Positions 44,356-56,058 of a DNA stretch of 64,000 nt are shown here, one piece after another. Source of the DNA: Coleofasciculus chthonoplastes F2-STO-03. Its GTDB lineage: Bacteria > Cyanobacteriota > Cyanobacteriia > Cyanobacteriales > Coleofasciculaceae. The DNA is taken from NCBI GenBank assembly GCA_040222015.1, contig JAVJWO010000030.1, positions 1-64,000 of the forward strand, given 5' to 3'. Below the pieces are notes generated by a model. The model was not told where the DNA came from, searched no databases, and saw nothing but the letters and a program-made list of their open reading frames with translations. The stretch's first letter is position 1; every line of letters begins with the position of its first letter. Made by a program: the position numbers and the translations under genes.

Positions 44356-44669
44356 CTGGCATTCCAATTTGTGGCTCTAATGACCACGCTAGCATAAAAC
44401 TGAATTTTTTGAATTTTTTGAATTTTTTGAATAATATGATAATTCTGTTCAGTGAAAGTCCTGACTTTCCTGAATACCACGGTTGAATAATTCGTCGATT
44501 AAGTTATTGATTTTTCGACCATTAAAGCATAATTGTATGGCGTTTCTGTCTTACCGGTGTAATATTAAGAGAATTTACGCATGCGAATCAACAATTCATA
44601 ACCCTGATCATCACTCACCCATTTCCGTTGCTGCACTTGTCGCAATAACTCCCACTGATTATCCGATAC

Positions 44670-45288
44670 TGTACCGGAACCATGGGCAAGATTTTCGGTC
44701 GTTCGGGAAACCGTTGCGTCAATACCCCATAATCATCGGAGAACTTCAGCGCCAAGGGCATGGTATAAACGAGATGACAATGCAGCTTCGTTAAACATTC
44801 AGCCTGATCCACAAACAAATAGTCCTGCTGTGGACGTCCCCACGGTTTTGGGCTATTATCGATCCGATCCAGGTTATCGACAATCACGACTAACTCCTTT
44901 TTACCCTGTTGTTTCAGTTTTGCGATCGCAGGTTCGATCAGTTCCTGATTAATCACTTGCAACAGTTGAGTTTTCTGGGGTCCCAGGTACTGATTCTTTC
45001 CAAGTCTTCACTGGACTCAAAATAGACGACATGAAAGCCATCTTCTTCTAGTTCTGCCTTCAGTCGCAATAACTCCGTGGATTTGCCACAACCAATATGT
45101 CCGGTAAATAAGGCGCAGGTGGGTTCATCGGGGGAGAAAAAGGTAATATTATCCTTAAGTTCCTCAATAATCTTCCCCCCGCGCACTGGGGAAAAATCGA
45201 TATAAAATTTCTGGTCTTCCGGATTGTCTGCAACCAGCGTCCGGCTAGGGTTCGTTGCTTTAAAAAATGTCTGTAACTCTACCTTCAT
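44670..45288 (-). pseudogene. Fragmented cyanobacterial P-loop ATPase
   Basis: GHIGCGKSTEL Walker A in one frame, VIVDNLDR Walker B in another; ends at PMVPVQ. Confidence 0.75.
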
Positions 45289-45360
45289 TTTCCCAGTTCC
45301 TTCGCGTTTAACGCATTATCCGATACCATAGCTTAGTTATGGGTCATTGATCATTGGTTA

Positions 45361-45481
45361 TAGCACTACGCATTGAGGTTAGGACAATAAAATTAGGTGA
45401 AAAAGCAACACCTCGACTTCGCTCGGTGTGTTATAGGCAATAGGCAACAGGGTAATGTCCTAACGTATGCCAGTAATGCTA
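45361..45481. mobile_element. MITE with TA duplication
   Basis: TA|TAGCACTACGCATTGAGGTTAGGACA ... TGTCCTAACGTATGCCAGTAATGCTA|TA. Confidence 0.75.
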
Positions 45482-45580
45482 TATTTGTCCTACTCGCGAA
45501 GTGCCAAGCACGCTACGTCCTTTGCCTGTTCCCTTCTGTCTTGCAGCCTTCTGCCTTTCTGGTTCGGCACAATTTTCACT

Positions 45581-48334
45581 ATGTTAAAAACCATTCATAA
45601 AACTCAACCATTTTCTCCCTTTTTTATCTTTCTATTTAGCCTGTTGCTGACGCTCCACCTTGCCCTCCCTTGGGTGAGCGCCGAAGAACCGCCCAAGCCG
45701 CAACCTTGGCAGATTGATGGGATAATCGCGGCTCTGGATGATGGACATGATTATGTAAAACTGTATGCTTTGGATCGATTAATTGCATACGATCCTTTGG
45801 ACTTGCAAGCTGTGGTTGAAAACCCCGATTATATTGCCCAGAAAGCTGCCAACTTACTCCAGGATCAAACCGCTGACTTATTTATTCGTGGCGGGGCTGC
45901 TGCAGCCTTAGGGAATTTAGGAGAAGCTGGTATCTCATACATTCCTTTAATTCTAAATTTTCTCCAGGATGAAGATGAAACTGTCCCCTCAAATATTCGT
46001 GACCCAGTGGCTTATGCATTAAGTAATCTTAGGGAAGCTGACGCCTCATACATTCCTTTGATTCTGAATTTCATCCAAGATAAAACTGTTGATTTAAGGG
46101 TTCGGAAATCGGTGGCTTATGCATTAGGTAATCTGGAGGAAGACAGCGCTCAATATATTCCTGAGATTCTCAACTTTATCCAGAATGAAACGGTTGACTC
46201 AGAAGTTCGAGACTCAACGGTTAGAGCATTAGGAGATTTGAGAGAAGTCGGCGTCCCATACGCCCCAGAGATTGCCAGCATCCTTCAGGATAACACTGTT
46301 GACTCAAGGGTTCGTAGCTGGGCGGCTAGAATATTACTTAATCTGGGGGAAGACAGCGCCCAATACATCCCGTTGATTCTCAACATTATCCAGGATGAAA
46401 CGGTTGACTTAAATGTTCGCGAATCGGCGGCTGGTGCATTAATCAATCTCCGTGAAGAAACCGCTCCATACATCTCTGAAATTATCAATATTATCCAGAA
46501 TAAAACGGTTGATGAGCAGGTGCACCCCTGGGCAGCTAGAGCATTAGATAATTTGGGTGAAAAAGCTACTCCATACATCCCTGAAATTGTCAACATTCTC
46601 CAAGATGAAACCCTTGATGAGCAGGTTCGCGGCTCGGCGGCTGAAGCATTAGGTAATTTGGGAAAAGCTGGCGTTCAATACATTCCTGAGATTCTCAACT
46701 TCCTTCAAGATGAAACCGTTGACTCAGTTGTTCGTCGTCAGGCGGCTGAAGCATTAGTGAATCGGGGGGAAATCGGCGTTCAATACATTCCTGAGATTCT
46801 CAACATTCTCCAGGATGAAACCATTGATCAGCCGATTCGCGGCTGGATGGCTAGAGCATTAGAGAATCTGGGGGAAACCAACGTCAAATATGCCCCTGAG
46901 ATTGCCGACATTCTCCAGGATGAAACCGTTGATGCTCAAGTTCGTGGCTGGGCGGCTCTAGCATTAAGTAATCTGGGGGAAGCCAGCACCCAATATATCC
47001 CTTTAATTCTCAACTTTCTCCAGGATGAAACCGTTGATGTTCAAGTTCGTACATGGGCGGCTGAAGCATTAGAGAATCTGGGAAAATTCAGATTCCCATA
47101 CATACCTGAAATGCTCAACTTTATTCAGGATAAAACTGTTGACTTAGATGTTCGAGTCTGGGCGGCTAGAGCATTACAGAATTTGGGGGAAGTCGGCGCT
47201 CCATACGCATCTAAGATTGCCAATATTCTCCAGAATGAAACTGTTGATTCAGTTGTTCGTCGTTCGGCGGCTTCTACATTAATTAATCTAGGGGAAGCTG
47301 CCATTCCCTATATTCCTGAGATTGTCAACATTGTCCAGGATAAAACCGTTGACTCAGTTGTTCGTCGCTCGGCGGCTTATGCATTAATTAGTTTGAGAGA
47401 AGCCGCCATCCCCTATATTCCTGAGATTGCCAACCTTGTCCAGGATGAAACCATTGATGATGAGGTTCGTAGCTGGGCGGCTACAGCATTAATTAGTTTT
47501 GGGAACTTCGGCGTTTCTTATAGTCCTGAGATTCTCAGCTTTCTCAAAGATAAAACGGTTGACTCATACGTTCGTAGTTGGGCGGCTAGAGCATTAGTCA
47601 ATCGGGGGGAAACCGATGCCCAATATATCCCTTTGATTCTCAACTTTTTCCAGTATACAACTGTTGATGGTGAGGTAGGTGACTCTATGGCTGATGCATT
47701 AATGAGTCTAGGGAAATCTGCCGTCCCTTACATCCCTGAGATACTCAAATTTATTGAGAATGAAACTGTTGATAATCCGATTCGGGGATTTGCAGCTTAT
47801 GCATTAGTCAATGTCCGCAAACTGGATTTAAATGAGATTGTTGTTATTCTGAACAATATCTATGAACCCAATCAGTCAGATTTTGGACAATGGAGGTCTT
47901 TAACCTATTTCACAGGTGAGAGTTACTGGCGTTTTTTAACTTATTTACTGAGTGGGGGTACTGATGAAGTAAAAACTCTGCTGAAATGGGTTGGCTCTCC
48001 TGAATCAATTCCTACCGCACTCAACTATGAAGACGGTAAAAAAACACTGGAATTGTTTCTCCAAGTCTGGGACAATGCTCAGGATTTACCCCGACTGCAA
48101 AAAGATTTAGCCGAAAAAATAGCCGTAGTGACTCCTCTTGTCTCTTGGCAATCCCAGGATAGGGATTTACTCCAACGCCATTACAATAACCTCAAAGCGG
48201 GAAACTTCCCTCAAGCTGATACTGTGGAATCAGTCATCCAGGATTTACGCTCCACGAAAAGAGGAGTGAAGATAAGCCCTAGCGATTGGAAATCGCGGAA
48301 CCAAACGAAACAAAGTCCGCTTGACAAGGACTAA
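45581..48334 (+). CDS. Exported HEAT-repeat protein (35-aa repeats)
   Basis: Signal-like N-terminus from ATG 45581; about 19 repeats of VD..VR..AA.AL.NLGE....YIPEILN.LQDET. Confidence 0.85.
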   Translation: MLKTIHKTQPFSPFFIFLFSLLLTLHLALPWVSAEEPPKPQPWQIDGIIAALDDGHDYVKLYALDRLIAYDPLDLQAVVENPDYIAQKAANLLQDQTADLFIRGGAAAALGNLGEAGISYIPLILNFLQDEDETVPSNIRDPVAYALSNLREADASYIPLILNFIQDKTVDLRVRKSVAYALGNLEEDSAQYIPEILNFIQNETVDSEVRDSTVRALGDLREVGVPYAPEIASILQDNTVDSRVRSWAARILLNLGEDSAQYIPLILNIIQDETVDLNVRESAAGALINLREETAPYISEIINIIQNKTVDEQVHPWAARALDNLGEKATPYIPEIVNILQDETLDEQVRGSAAEALGNLGKAGVQYIPEILNFLQDETVDSVVRRQAAEALVNRGEIGVQYIPEILNILQDETIDQPIRGWMARALENLGETNVKYAPEIADILQDETVDAQVRGWAALALSNLGEASTQYIPLILNFLQDETVDVQVRTWAAEALENLGKFRFPYIPEMLNFIQDKTVDLDVRVWAARALQNLGEVGAPYASKIANILQNETVDSVVRRSAASTLINLGEAAIPYIPEIVNIVQDKTVDSVVRRSAAYALISLREAAIPYIPEIANLVQDETIDDEVRSWAATALISFGNFGVSYSPEILSFLKDKTVDSYVRSWAARALVNRGETDAQYIPLILNFFQYTTVDGEVGDSMADALMSLGKSAVPYIPEILKFIENETVDNPIRGFAAYALVNVRKLDLNEIVVILNNIYEPNQSDFGQWRSLTYFTGESYWRFLTYLLSGGTDEVKTLLKWVGSPESIPTALNYEDGKKTLELFLQVWDNAQDLPRLQKDLAEKIAVVTPLVSWQSQDRDLLQRHYNNLKAGNFPQADTVESVIQDLRSTKRGVKISPSDWKSRNQTKQSPLDKD

Positions 48335-48558
48335 TCGAGGGGTGTGGAAACCCGCGCAGGCGGGTTTTGTTTGTGTAGCTGCGGTTTAAACCGCCCAGTT
48401 AACACAGAAACCGGGATGAGAACCAAAAACCCTGCAACAATCGATAACAAGTGTAAAAATGGATCACGATCGCACTGATCAACCTCGTTATCTCTAGGAT
48501 GGGTAAGTCTAAAATCCAAACTCCGATAAATCCATTCCTAGTCTGTGATTGAAACACC

Positions 48559-51192
48559 ATGCCCAAATCTCCCAAATCCCTCAGCGGTAACCAAATCCGA
48601 CAAAAGTTCCTAGACTTCTACGAAAAACGGCAACACCAGGTTTTGCCGTCGGCTTCCTTAGTCCCCGAAGATCCCACCGTGTTACTCACCATCGCCGGGA
48701 TGTTACCCTTTAAACCCATATTCCTGGGACAACGCCAGTCGGACTTTGCCCGCGCCACCACGTCGCAAAAATGTCTCCGCACCAATGATATTGAGAATGT
48801 GGGGCGCACGGCGCGACACCATACCTTCTTTGAAATGCTGGGCAATTTTAGCTTTGGCGACTATTTTAAAGAACAAGCGATCGCATGGGCATGGGAGTTA
48901 TCGACACAAGTCTTTGCATTACCCCCAGAACGCCTGATAGTGAGTGTGTTTCGAGAGGATGACGAAGCCTTTGCCATCTGGCGGGATAAAATTGGTATCC
49001 CAGCTCATCGTATCCAGCGGATGGGAGAAGAAGATAACTTCTGGGCATCGGGTTCCACGGGTCCTTGTGGTCCTTGTTCAGAACTCTATTACGACTTCCA
49101 CCCGGAAAAAGGGGACAAGGACATCGATTTAGAAGACGATACCCGGTTTATTGAGTACTATAACCTGGTGTTCATGCAATACAACCGGGATGCAGACGGG
49201 AATCTCACCCCCCTGCAAAATAAAAATATTGACACGGGGTTGGGATTAGAGAGGATGGCGCAAATCCTCCAGCAGGTTCCCAATAACTACGAAACCGACC
49301 TAATTTTCCCGATTATCAAGACGGCGGCTGAAATTGCTGGACTTGATTACGCTAAAAGTGACGAGAAAACCAAAGTATCCCTAAAAGTGATTGGGGATCA
49401 CATTCGCGCCGTGGTTCATCTGATTGCTGATGGCGTTACCGCCTCGAATATTGGACGCGGCTATATCCTACGCCGTTTAATCCGGCGAGTGGTGCGCCAT
49501 GGGCGATTAATTGGCATTCAAGGCGAGTTTACCACCCAAGTCGCCGAAACCGCGATCGCACTGGCTGAAGATGCTTATCCGAATGTGCGCGAACGGAATA
49601 ATTCGATTCAAGCCGAATTGCAACGCGAAGAATCGCAATTCCTGAAAACTCTGGAACGTGGCGAGAAGTTATTGGCAGATATTCTGGCGCAAAAGCCGGA
49701 TCTTATTTCTGGAACCGATGCCTTTACTCTCTATGATACCTACGGGTTCCCCTTAGAATTAACCCAAGAAATTGCCGAAGAACAAGGGATTACTGTAGAT
49801 TTGGCAGGCTTTGAAGTGGAAATGGAGAAGCAGCGCCAACGGGCAAGAGATGCCCATGAAACCATTGATTTGACGGTACAGGGAAGCTTGGATAAGTTGG
49901 CTGAACATATCCATGGCACCACCTTCTTGGGCTATAGTGAACCGCAGTCTACTGCCAAAATTGAAGCCTTGTTAGTCGAAGGTCAAGCGGTAGAATCAGC
50001 TTCATCCGGTACGGAAATCCAGATTATTTTAGACCAAACCCCATTCTATGCCGAATCTGGGGGACAAATTGGCGATCGCGGTTATTTATCTGGCGATAAT
50101 TTAGTAGTACGGATTGAAGATGTCAAAAAAGAATCCGACTTCTTTATCCATTTTGGTCGCGTGGAACGGGGAACTCTAAATCTGGGGGATACCGTTACCG
50201 CCCAAATTGACCGCGCCTGTCGCCGTCGTGCCCAAGCCAATCATACGGCGACTCATTTATTACAAGCGGCGCTGAAAAAGATTGTTGATCCGTCTATTTC
50301 CCAAGCGGGTTCTTTAGTGGCATTTGATCGGCTGCGGTTTGACTTCAATTGTTCCCGTTCCCTGACGTCAGAGGAATTGGTACAAATTGAGGAGCAAATT
50401 AATACCTGGATTGCCGAAGCCCACGGCGCAGATGTGGCGATTATGCCCCTAACAGACGCCAAGGCAAAAGGTGCGATCGCGATGTTTGGCGAAAAGTACG
50501 CTTCGGAGGTACGAGTGATTGATTTCCCTGGTGTTTCTATGGAACTCTGTGGGGGAACTCATGTGAATAACACCGCCGAAATTGGGGTGTTTAAAATTGT
50601 CTCTGAAACTGGGGTAGCGTCGGGGATTCGGCGCATCGAAGCTGTAGCGGGTCCGGCGGTATTGGATTATTTGAACCTGCGGGATAAAGTGGTCAAAGAA
50701 TTATGCGATCGCTTTAAAGTCAAACCCGAAGAAATCCCGGAACGCATTACCACTATCCAGAACGAACTCAAAGCGTCTCAGAAACAACTAGACGCCGTTA
50801 AACAAGAATTGGCATTAGCCAAATCGGATCAGTTATTGAGTCAAGCTGAATCGGTAGGCGAGTTCAAGGTTTTGGTGGCAAATCTGGGAGACATTGAACC
50901 CGACGCCCTGAAAACCTCAGCAGAACGACTCCAGCAAAAACTAGGAGAAAGTGCGGTTATTTTAGGTTCGGTTCCGACAGAAGGAAAAGTTAGTTTAGTC
51001 GCGGCGTTTAGTGCCAAAATCCACAAAGATAAGAAGCTACAAGCCGGTAAATTTATCGGTGGAATTGCCAAACTTTGTGGCGGTGGTGGTGGGGGACGCC
51101 CCAACTTAGCCCAAGCTGGGGGAAAAGATTCCAGTAAGTTACCGGAAGCCTTGGATACGGCAAAACGTCAGTTAATTGAACAGTTGCAGTAA
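48559..51192 (+). CDS. alaS: Alanine--tRNA ligase
   Basis: [34 protein letters not shown] and GGGGGRP motifs. Confidence 0.98.
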   Translation: MPKSPKSLSGNQIRQKFLDFYEKRQHQVLPSASLVPEDPTVLLTIAGMLPFKPIFLGQRQSDFARATTSQKCLRTNDIENVGRTARHHTFFEMLGNFSFGDYFKEQAIAWAWELSTQVFALPPERLIVSVFREDDEAFAIWRDKIGIPAHRIQRMGEEDNFWASGSTGPCGPCSELYYDFHPEKGDKDIDLEDDTRFIEYYNLVFMQYNRDADGNLTPLQNKNIDTGLGLERMAQILQQVPNNYETDLIFPIIKTAAEIAGLDYAKSDEKTKVSLKVIGDHIRAVVHLIADGVTASNIGRGYILRRLIRRVVRHGRLIGIQGEFTTQVAETAIALAEDAYPNVRERNNSIQAELQREESQFLKTLERGEKLLADILAQKPDLISGTDAFTLYDTYGFPLELTQEIAEEQGITVDLAGFEVEMEKQRQRARDAHETIDLTVQGSLDKLAEHIHGTTFLGYSEPQSTAKIEALLVEGQAVESASSGTEIQIILDQTPFYAESGGQIGDRGYLSGDNLVVRIEDVKKESDFFIHFGRVERGTLNLGDTVTAQIDRACRRRAQANHTATHLLQAALKKIVDPSISQAGSLVAFDRLRFDFNCSRSLTSEELVQIEEQINTWIAEAHGADVAIMPLTDAKAKGAIAMFGEKYASEVRVIDFPGVSMELCGGTHVNNTAEIGVFKIVSETGVASGIRRIEAVAGPAVLDYLNLRDKVVKELCDRFKVKPEEIPERITTIQNELKASQKQLDAVKQELALAKSDQLLSQAESVGEFKVLVANLGDIEPDALKTSAERLQQKLGESAVILGSVPTEGKVSLVAAFSAKIHKDKKLQAGKFIGGIAKLCGGGGGGRPNLAQAGGKDSSKLPEALDTAKRQLIEQLQ

Positions 51193-51327
51193 TTATGTAG
51201 GGTGGGCAATGCCCACCTTTTTTTCCTATAAATTAGGCAAGGTATAGTGGTGCATTACGGCAAGATTGAGATGAAAGGAATTATAATGACTCTACTGACG
51301 CCTAATGCATCCTATTAAACGCTAAAA

Positions 51328-52590
51328 ATGATTACTAAACCAGAAAAAGAAAATATCGTCATAAAGATATGTTTTATAGGTTTGCTACTTTCATCTCTCC
51401 TGAGTCGGGTAAAATTCACTTATTTTAGTTCTTTTAGCCTGAGTATCCATTATCTCTTGATTCCTTTATTTTCCACTCTATTAATTCTTTTGAACCTAAA
51501 AAGCCTAAAACAATTTTGTATTGCTCACTCAAAAATATTGGCAGCTATTGGATTATTATATATCTGGATATGGGTCTGTGTCTTTTTTAGCAATTTTCCA
51601 GCCACTGCCCTAACTTACACGATAAAATACACCAATTATTTTTTCATATTTATTGCTTTTTTAAGCCTAAACTTTCCCAAACCGAAAAACATAAAATCTT
51701 ACTGTCTAACTCTATTAGTTATAATCCAAGTCATAGCTATTTTAGGTTGGGTAGAAATAGTCTTCCCCAAAATGTGGATGTTTAGACTGTTAAAGTATCC
51801 CAGCTTCCATCCTCAGATTGGTTCAATCATGCAAAACCCAAATCAGTTTGGCGTTTTAATGGCGATAGGCGCGAGTTTGACTCTGATTCTATACCAGAAA
51901 AAAATTATTTCTACAATTTACTTATATATCAGCGAAGTACTGTTGGTTATTTCCCTAGCAATTTCTACAAGCCGAAATGCATGGTTAGTGTTTATTTTAG
52001 GGTTAGTTCTACTTAGGGGGACAAAAATAATTAATAATATTAAGTTTATTTCGTTGTCTTTCTTGTTAATTATTTGTATCTTATTGTATCCCCCTGCTAA
52101 TTATAAACTAGGACTAGTCAATAGTAATATACTTCCTGGATTTGAGCTATTGAATCAAAACTTTACCAACCCAAGTTCCCTTGAAACAAAAATATCAAAT
52201 CCCAAAGGAACAGCTTTGTCGAGATTAGCTTTATGGAAAGCGGCTATTAGTGAAATGACTAAACAACCAATAACAGGCATAGGACTAGGCGTTTTTGCAG
52301 AACATATAGGAAAACAAGTTTTTGGTGTAAAAGGTTTTCACGCCCATAATATATTTTTAAATATAGGTACAGAACTGGGAATACCTGGATTACTAATATT
52401 TATTGGTTTCTTGTTGAAAATAGCATCGGATCTCAAGCCGAGTAATTTTGTCACTGTCATCATACTTCTATTTTTAGCATCGCAAATGCTTGACTTTTTC
52501 ATTGAAGACTATACCTTTACAACGATTGAGCTGTATTTTTTATCCCTAGCAGTTATATCCGGAACAAACGTTGAACCAACGCTCAAGTAA
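51328..52590 (+). CDS. O-antigen ligase/polymerase family membrane protein
   Basis: Many TM helices; NPNQFG, SRNAW, GIGLG and HAHNIFL...ELGIPG motifs. Confidence 0.85.
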   Translation: MITKPEKENIVIKICFIGLLLSSLLSRVKFTYFSSFSLSIHYLLIPLFSTLLILLNLKSLKQFCIAHSKILAAIGLLYIWIWVCVFFSNFPATALTYTIKYTNYFFIFIAFLSLNFPKPKNIKSYCLTLLVIIQVIAILGWVEIVFPKMWMFRLLKYPSFHPQIGSIMQNPNQFGVLMAIGASLTLILYQKKIISTIYLYISEVLLVISLAISTSRNAWLVFILGLVLLRGTKIINNIKFISLSFLLIICILLYPPANYKLGLVNSNILPGFELLNQNFTNPSSLETKISNPKGTALSRLALWKAAISEMTKQPITGIGLGVFAEHIGKQVFGVKGFHAHNIFLNIGTELGIPGLLIFIGFLLKIASDLKPSNFVTVIILLFLASQMLDFFIEDYTFTTIELYFLSLAVISGTNVEPTLK

Positions 52591-52604
52591 ATTTGGATTT
52601 TACC

Positions 52605-53756
52605 ATGACTCAAAACCATCATTTTTATCTCATATTCCCTAATATCTTTGAATTTAAGGGAGGAGTGCAAGTTTATTCAGCTTTCTTGCTCAAATCATTA
52701 CAAGAGTTATATCCGGATGCCAATTATGACATTTTTATAAAGTATGATAAAAACGATTCAAAAAACCTGCAAAATCTCCAGTTTCTACCCCATACTAAAT
52801 TTCACTATTTCGGACATTTTCCCCGATTGCTACAAACTATACTTTTGGCAATTACAATAATTTTACAAGGCATTTGGCAGCGTCCAAGTTTAGTAGTATC
52901 TACCCATATCAACTATGCGATCGCTTGCTATATACTTCAACGAATAAATGGAGTCCCTTACTGGTTCATTGCTCATGGTACCGAGGTTTGGTCTACAGAA
53001 AGAAAATCCCACAAACTCGTATTACAGGGAGCCGAAAAAGTCATTGCTGTTAGTGAATATACACGACAGAGAATAATTAAAGAGCAAAATATTGATACGG
53101 ATAAAATTCATATATTATTTAATACTTTTGATTCTAAACAATTTCAGATAAATCCTAAACCAAATTACTTACTACAACGGTATAATATAACCCCCAATCA
53201 ACCGATAATATTAACAGTAGCTCGCCTGGGTCGTATGGCTAAGCATAAAGGCTACGATCAAATTCTCCATGCTTTAGTCAAAATTCGTCAGCAAATCCCC
53301 AACATTCACTATATTCTCGCGGGTAAAGGTGACGATAAACCGAGAATTCAAAGCTTAATTACCAGCTTAAACCTCGATGATTGCGTGACTTTGCCAGGAT
53401 TTTTGACAGATGAGGAATTATGCGATCACTATAACCTTTGTGATGTGTTTGCTATGCCCAGTCAGGGGGAAGGCTTTGGCATTGTCTTTTTAGAAGCCTT
53501 AGCCTGTGGTAAACCTGTGTTAGCCGGTAATCAAGATGGTTCTGTTCAACCTCTGGCTAGTGGGGAATTAGGATGCTTAGTTGATCCCAATAATGTAGAG
53601 GATATTGCTACCAAACTCATTGAAATCATCCAAGGACATTATGGGAATAAAATGGTGTACAATCCAGAATGGTTACGAAAAAGAACAATTGAATTGTTTG
53701 AATTGAATCAGTTTAAAACCAAACTCGCAGCCTTGTTGTCTTCTAATTTAAAATAA
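52605..53756 (+). CDS. Glycosyltransferase family 4
   Basis: GGVQ, KGYD and EGFGIVFLEALACGKPV motifs. Confidence 0.92.
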   Translation: MTQNHHFYLIFPNIFEFKGGVQVYSAFLLKSLQELYPDANYDIFIKYDKNDSKNLQNLQFLPHTKFHYFGHFPRLLQTILLAITIILQGIWQRPSLVVSTHINYAIACYILQRINGVPYWFIAHGTEVWSTERKSHKLVLQGAEKVIAVSEYTRQRIIKEQNIDTDKIHILFNTFDSKQFQINPKPNYLLQRYNITPNQPIILTVARLGRMAKHKGYDQILHALVKIRQQIPNIHYILAGKGDDKPRIQSLITSLNLDDCVTLPGFLTDEELCDHYNLCDVFAMPSQGEGFGIVFLEALACGKPVLAGNQDGSVQPLASGELGCLVDPNNVEDIATKLIEIIQGHYGNKMVYNPEWLRKRTIELFELNQFKTKLAALLSSNLK

Positions 53757-53990
53757 GCCCCGACACCCGGTCAAATCCGGTTGAATACTCACACAAGGCA
53801 GACGGCTTATTTCACAGTAACTAGACTCAACAGGTTGATGGTAGATATTATGTAACTTACCATGAATCGGTTGAACCCCAACGCCTTGAAAATTCTCTGT
53901 GCAGACGTTCACCACTGCACCGGAAACTGACAATCTGGATAAGGGTGATCTAGTAAAATAATTGAACGAACTTTTAAAGATGCGATCGCC

Positions 53991-55976
53991 TTGAACCCAA
54001 TTCAATTCTTACACCCTTTCCCCAAGCGACTCCTCGGATTCCTGCTTACGTTTCTCCTCCTCCTCATCCCCCTCCCCGCCTTCGCCGCCACTCCAGAACG
54101 TCAACCGTTAACCCTGGAACTCCTGGAAGAACGCCTAGAATCCCCGATTCAAAGCGAAGGTGTTTCCACGATTGATCTGCATCAGTTTGTTATTGACTTA
54201 ACAAACGAGAATACAGACTTTCGGGATCAGTTCTACCAACACCTGCAAAGCAAGCTGACTCGTTCTCAAACCCCTCTCGCTTTAGACTTAAGTGAATCCT
54301 TGATTCAAGGAGAGTTTACGGCTAGCAAATTAGGCTTGCAAACCGCCCTCTCCCAAGCCACGTTACCTTCTTTGTTAACTGAACAGGAACAAGAAAAATT
54401 GGCAAAAGATTCTCGCTTTATTACCGAAGCCAGTGACCAAGTTTCCTCGGTTACTGTCTTTCGGGGTACGCTTAAACTAAATCAAACCCGTCTAAGTGGT
54501 GCGATTAATTTTGCCAATACCTTCTTTCTGCAACGCTTAGAAGTCGCTGAGGCTGTGTTTATCCAGGAAGTCGATTGGTCGGGGAGTCGTTTTAGCCAAT
54601 CTGTTGATTTTAGTAACACTACGTTTGGTCGAGATATTAACTTCAGCGGTGATACCTTCTTTGATAAAGCTGGATTTACTCAGGTGGAGTTTAAAGGTAT
54701 AGCCAATTTTAGTCGGTCTACGTTTCATGGGACTGGGAATTTTAGTCAGGCGGAATTTGTCCAGCTTGCTAATTTTACCGGAAGCCAATGGCTAGAAGAT
54801 GCCGATTTTTCCCAAGTGATTTGGCGCGATCGCACGTTGTTAAGTAAGAGTCGGTTTACTCAGTCGTTGTTACTCACCGAGGCGACGTGGGAAAAATCCA
54901 CTAGCTTTCGAGGAAGTCAGTTTCAGCAACCGATTTCAATGCGGGATGCAAGTCTACTGGATCAACTGGATTTCAGTAATACCCGCTTTTCCCCTAATGC
55001 TTATGTTAAAGTCGCTGGGATGACCTTTGACTCCGACCAAGCTAAAATTTTTGGTGATGCGGGTCATGTGGGACAAATTCTATCCGTTCCCCAACTTGAA
55101 GGGAATGAAGATGTACTGCGGAATTTAGTCCGCAACTTTCGCGAACAAGAACAAATTCCCGATGCGAATTCCTTAGATTATCTCCGGGAACGATTACGAC
55201 GAGAACAACTGTGGGGGCGTTTACTGGGTAGCATTCTCCAGTTAATGGGTCGCGAGGATATCACTGTGCGATCGCGCCATTGGCTAATTGATGCTCTGCA
55301 CTGGGCGAAATTGAGTTTACTGCTACTATTAAGTGCCGATGGTACCAGTTTTGGCTTAGTGTTCGGCGTGGGAATGATTGCGATCGCGTATTTCGGATTG
55401 CTGTTTTGGTTGCTTGACCGTTGGCGGCGACGTTACCCTAAACCGATTCTACCCACCTCTATAGAAACAGTTTACATGGTGGGGAGTGGGGCGGCGGCTA
55501 CTGTGGGCGGTGCGATCGCGATTTTTCAAACCAGTGAACAACCCTGGCTGACGCTATTGTGTTTGGCGGGACTTCTGTTTCCGATACCCCTATTGCTGGT
55601 GTGGCGACTGTATCGTCAAGGGCGTTATCATGATATGCTCAATGTCACCTATTTTGTCGAAGATGGGGGGATGCGCCAATTACGCCTGCTGATTGGACGC
55701 CTCCCGGTTATGCCTCGGTTTGACTTTTTCCGCGATCGCTATATGCCGATTCTTTGGGATCGCCGCTGGAATTGGCTGAATTATTATGACTTTAGTTTTA
55801 ATAATTTGCTTAAGTTTGGATTTAATGATATTCGCTTGAGAGAGGAACATGTTCCCGGTATTATTAGTACATTGGCGTGGTATCAGTGGGGTTTGGGTCT
55901 TGCTTATATTGCCCTGTTATTATGGACACTTTCTCGTACTATTCCAGGGCTGAATTTATTGATTTATTTGAAATAA
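53991..55976 (+). CDS. Pentapeptide-repeat membrane protein
   Basis: Signal peptide, F-x4 periodic repeats, C-terminal TM helices. Confidence 0.85.
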   Translation: MNPIQFLHPFPKRLLGFLLTFLLLLIPLPAFAATPERQPLTLELLEERLESPIQSEGVSTIDLHQFVIDLTNENTDFRDQFYQHLQSKLTRSQTPLALDLSESLIQGEFTASKLGLQTALSQATLPSLLTEQEQEKLAKDSRFITEASDQVSSVTVFRGTLKLNQTRLSGAINFANTFFLQRLEVAEAVFIQEVDWSGSRFSQSVDFSNTTFGRDINFSGDTFFDKAGFTQVEFKGIANFSRSTFHGTGNFSQAEFVQLANFTGSQWLEDADFSQVIWRDRTLLSKSRFTQSLLLTEATWEKSTSFRGSQFQQPISMRDASLLDQLDFSNTRFSPNAYVKVAGMTFDSDQAKIFGDAGHVGQILSVPQLEGNEDVLRNLVRNFREQEQIPDANSLDYLRERLRREQLWGRLLGSILQLMGREDITVRSRHWLIDALHWAKLSLLLLLSADGTSFGLVFGVGMIAIAYFGLLFWLLDRWRRRYPKPILPTSIETVYMVGSGAAATVGGAIAIFQTSEQPWLTLLCLAGLLFPIPLLLVWRLYRQGRYHDMLNVTYFVEDGGMRQLRLLIGRLPVMPRFDFFRDRYMPILWDRRWNWLNYYDFSFNNLLKFGFNDIRLREEHVPGIISTLAWYQWGLGLAYIALLLWTLSRTIPGLNLLIYLK

Positions 55977-56058
55977 TAACACTGATTTCAGCCCTTACAT
56001 AAACCTAGTGCAGCGCGGCAGAAATAACTGACCAGTTAACAAGCTCCCTAAAAGCAGC

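Noticed and set aside
45467..45580. Extended N-terminus of the HEAT protein
   Set aside because: Starts inside a MITE; ATG 45581 gives a more plausible signal-bearing start
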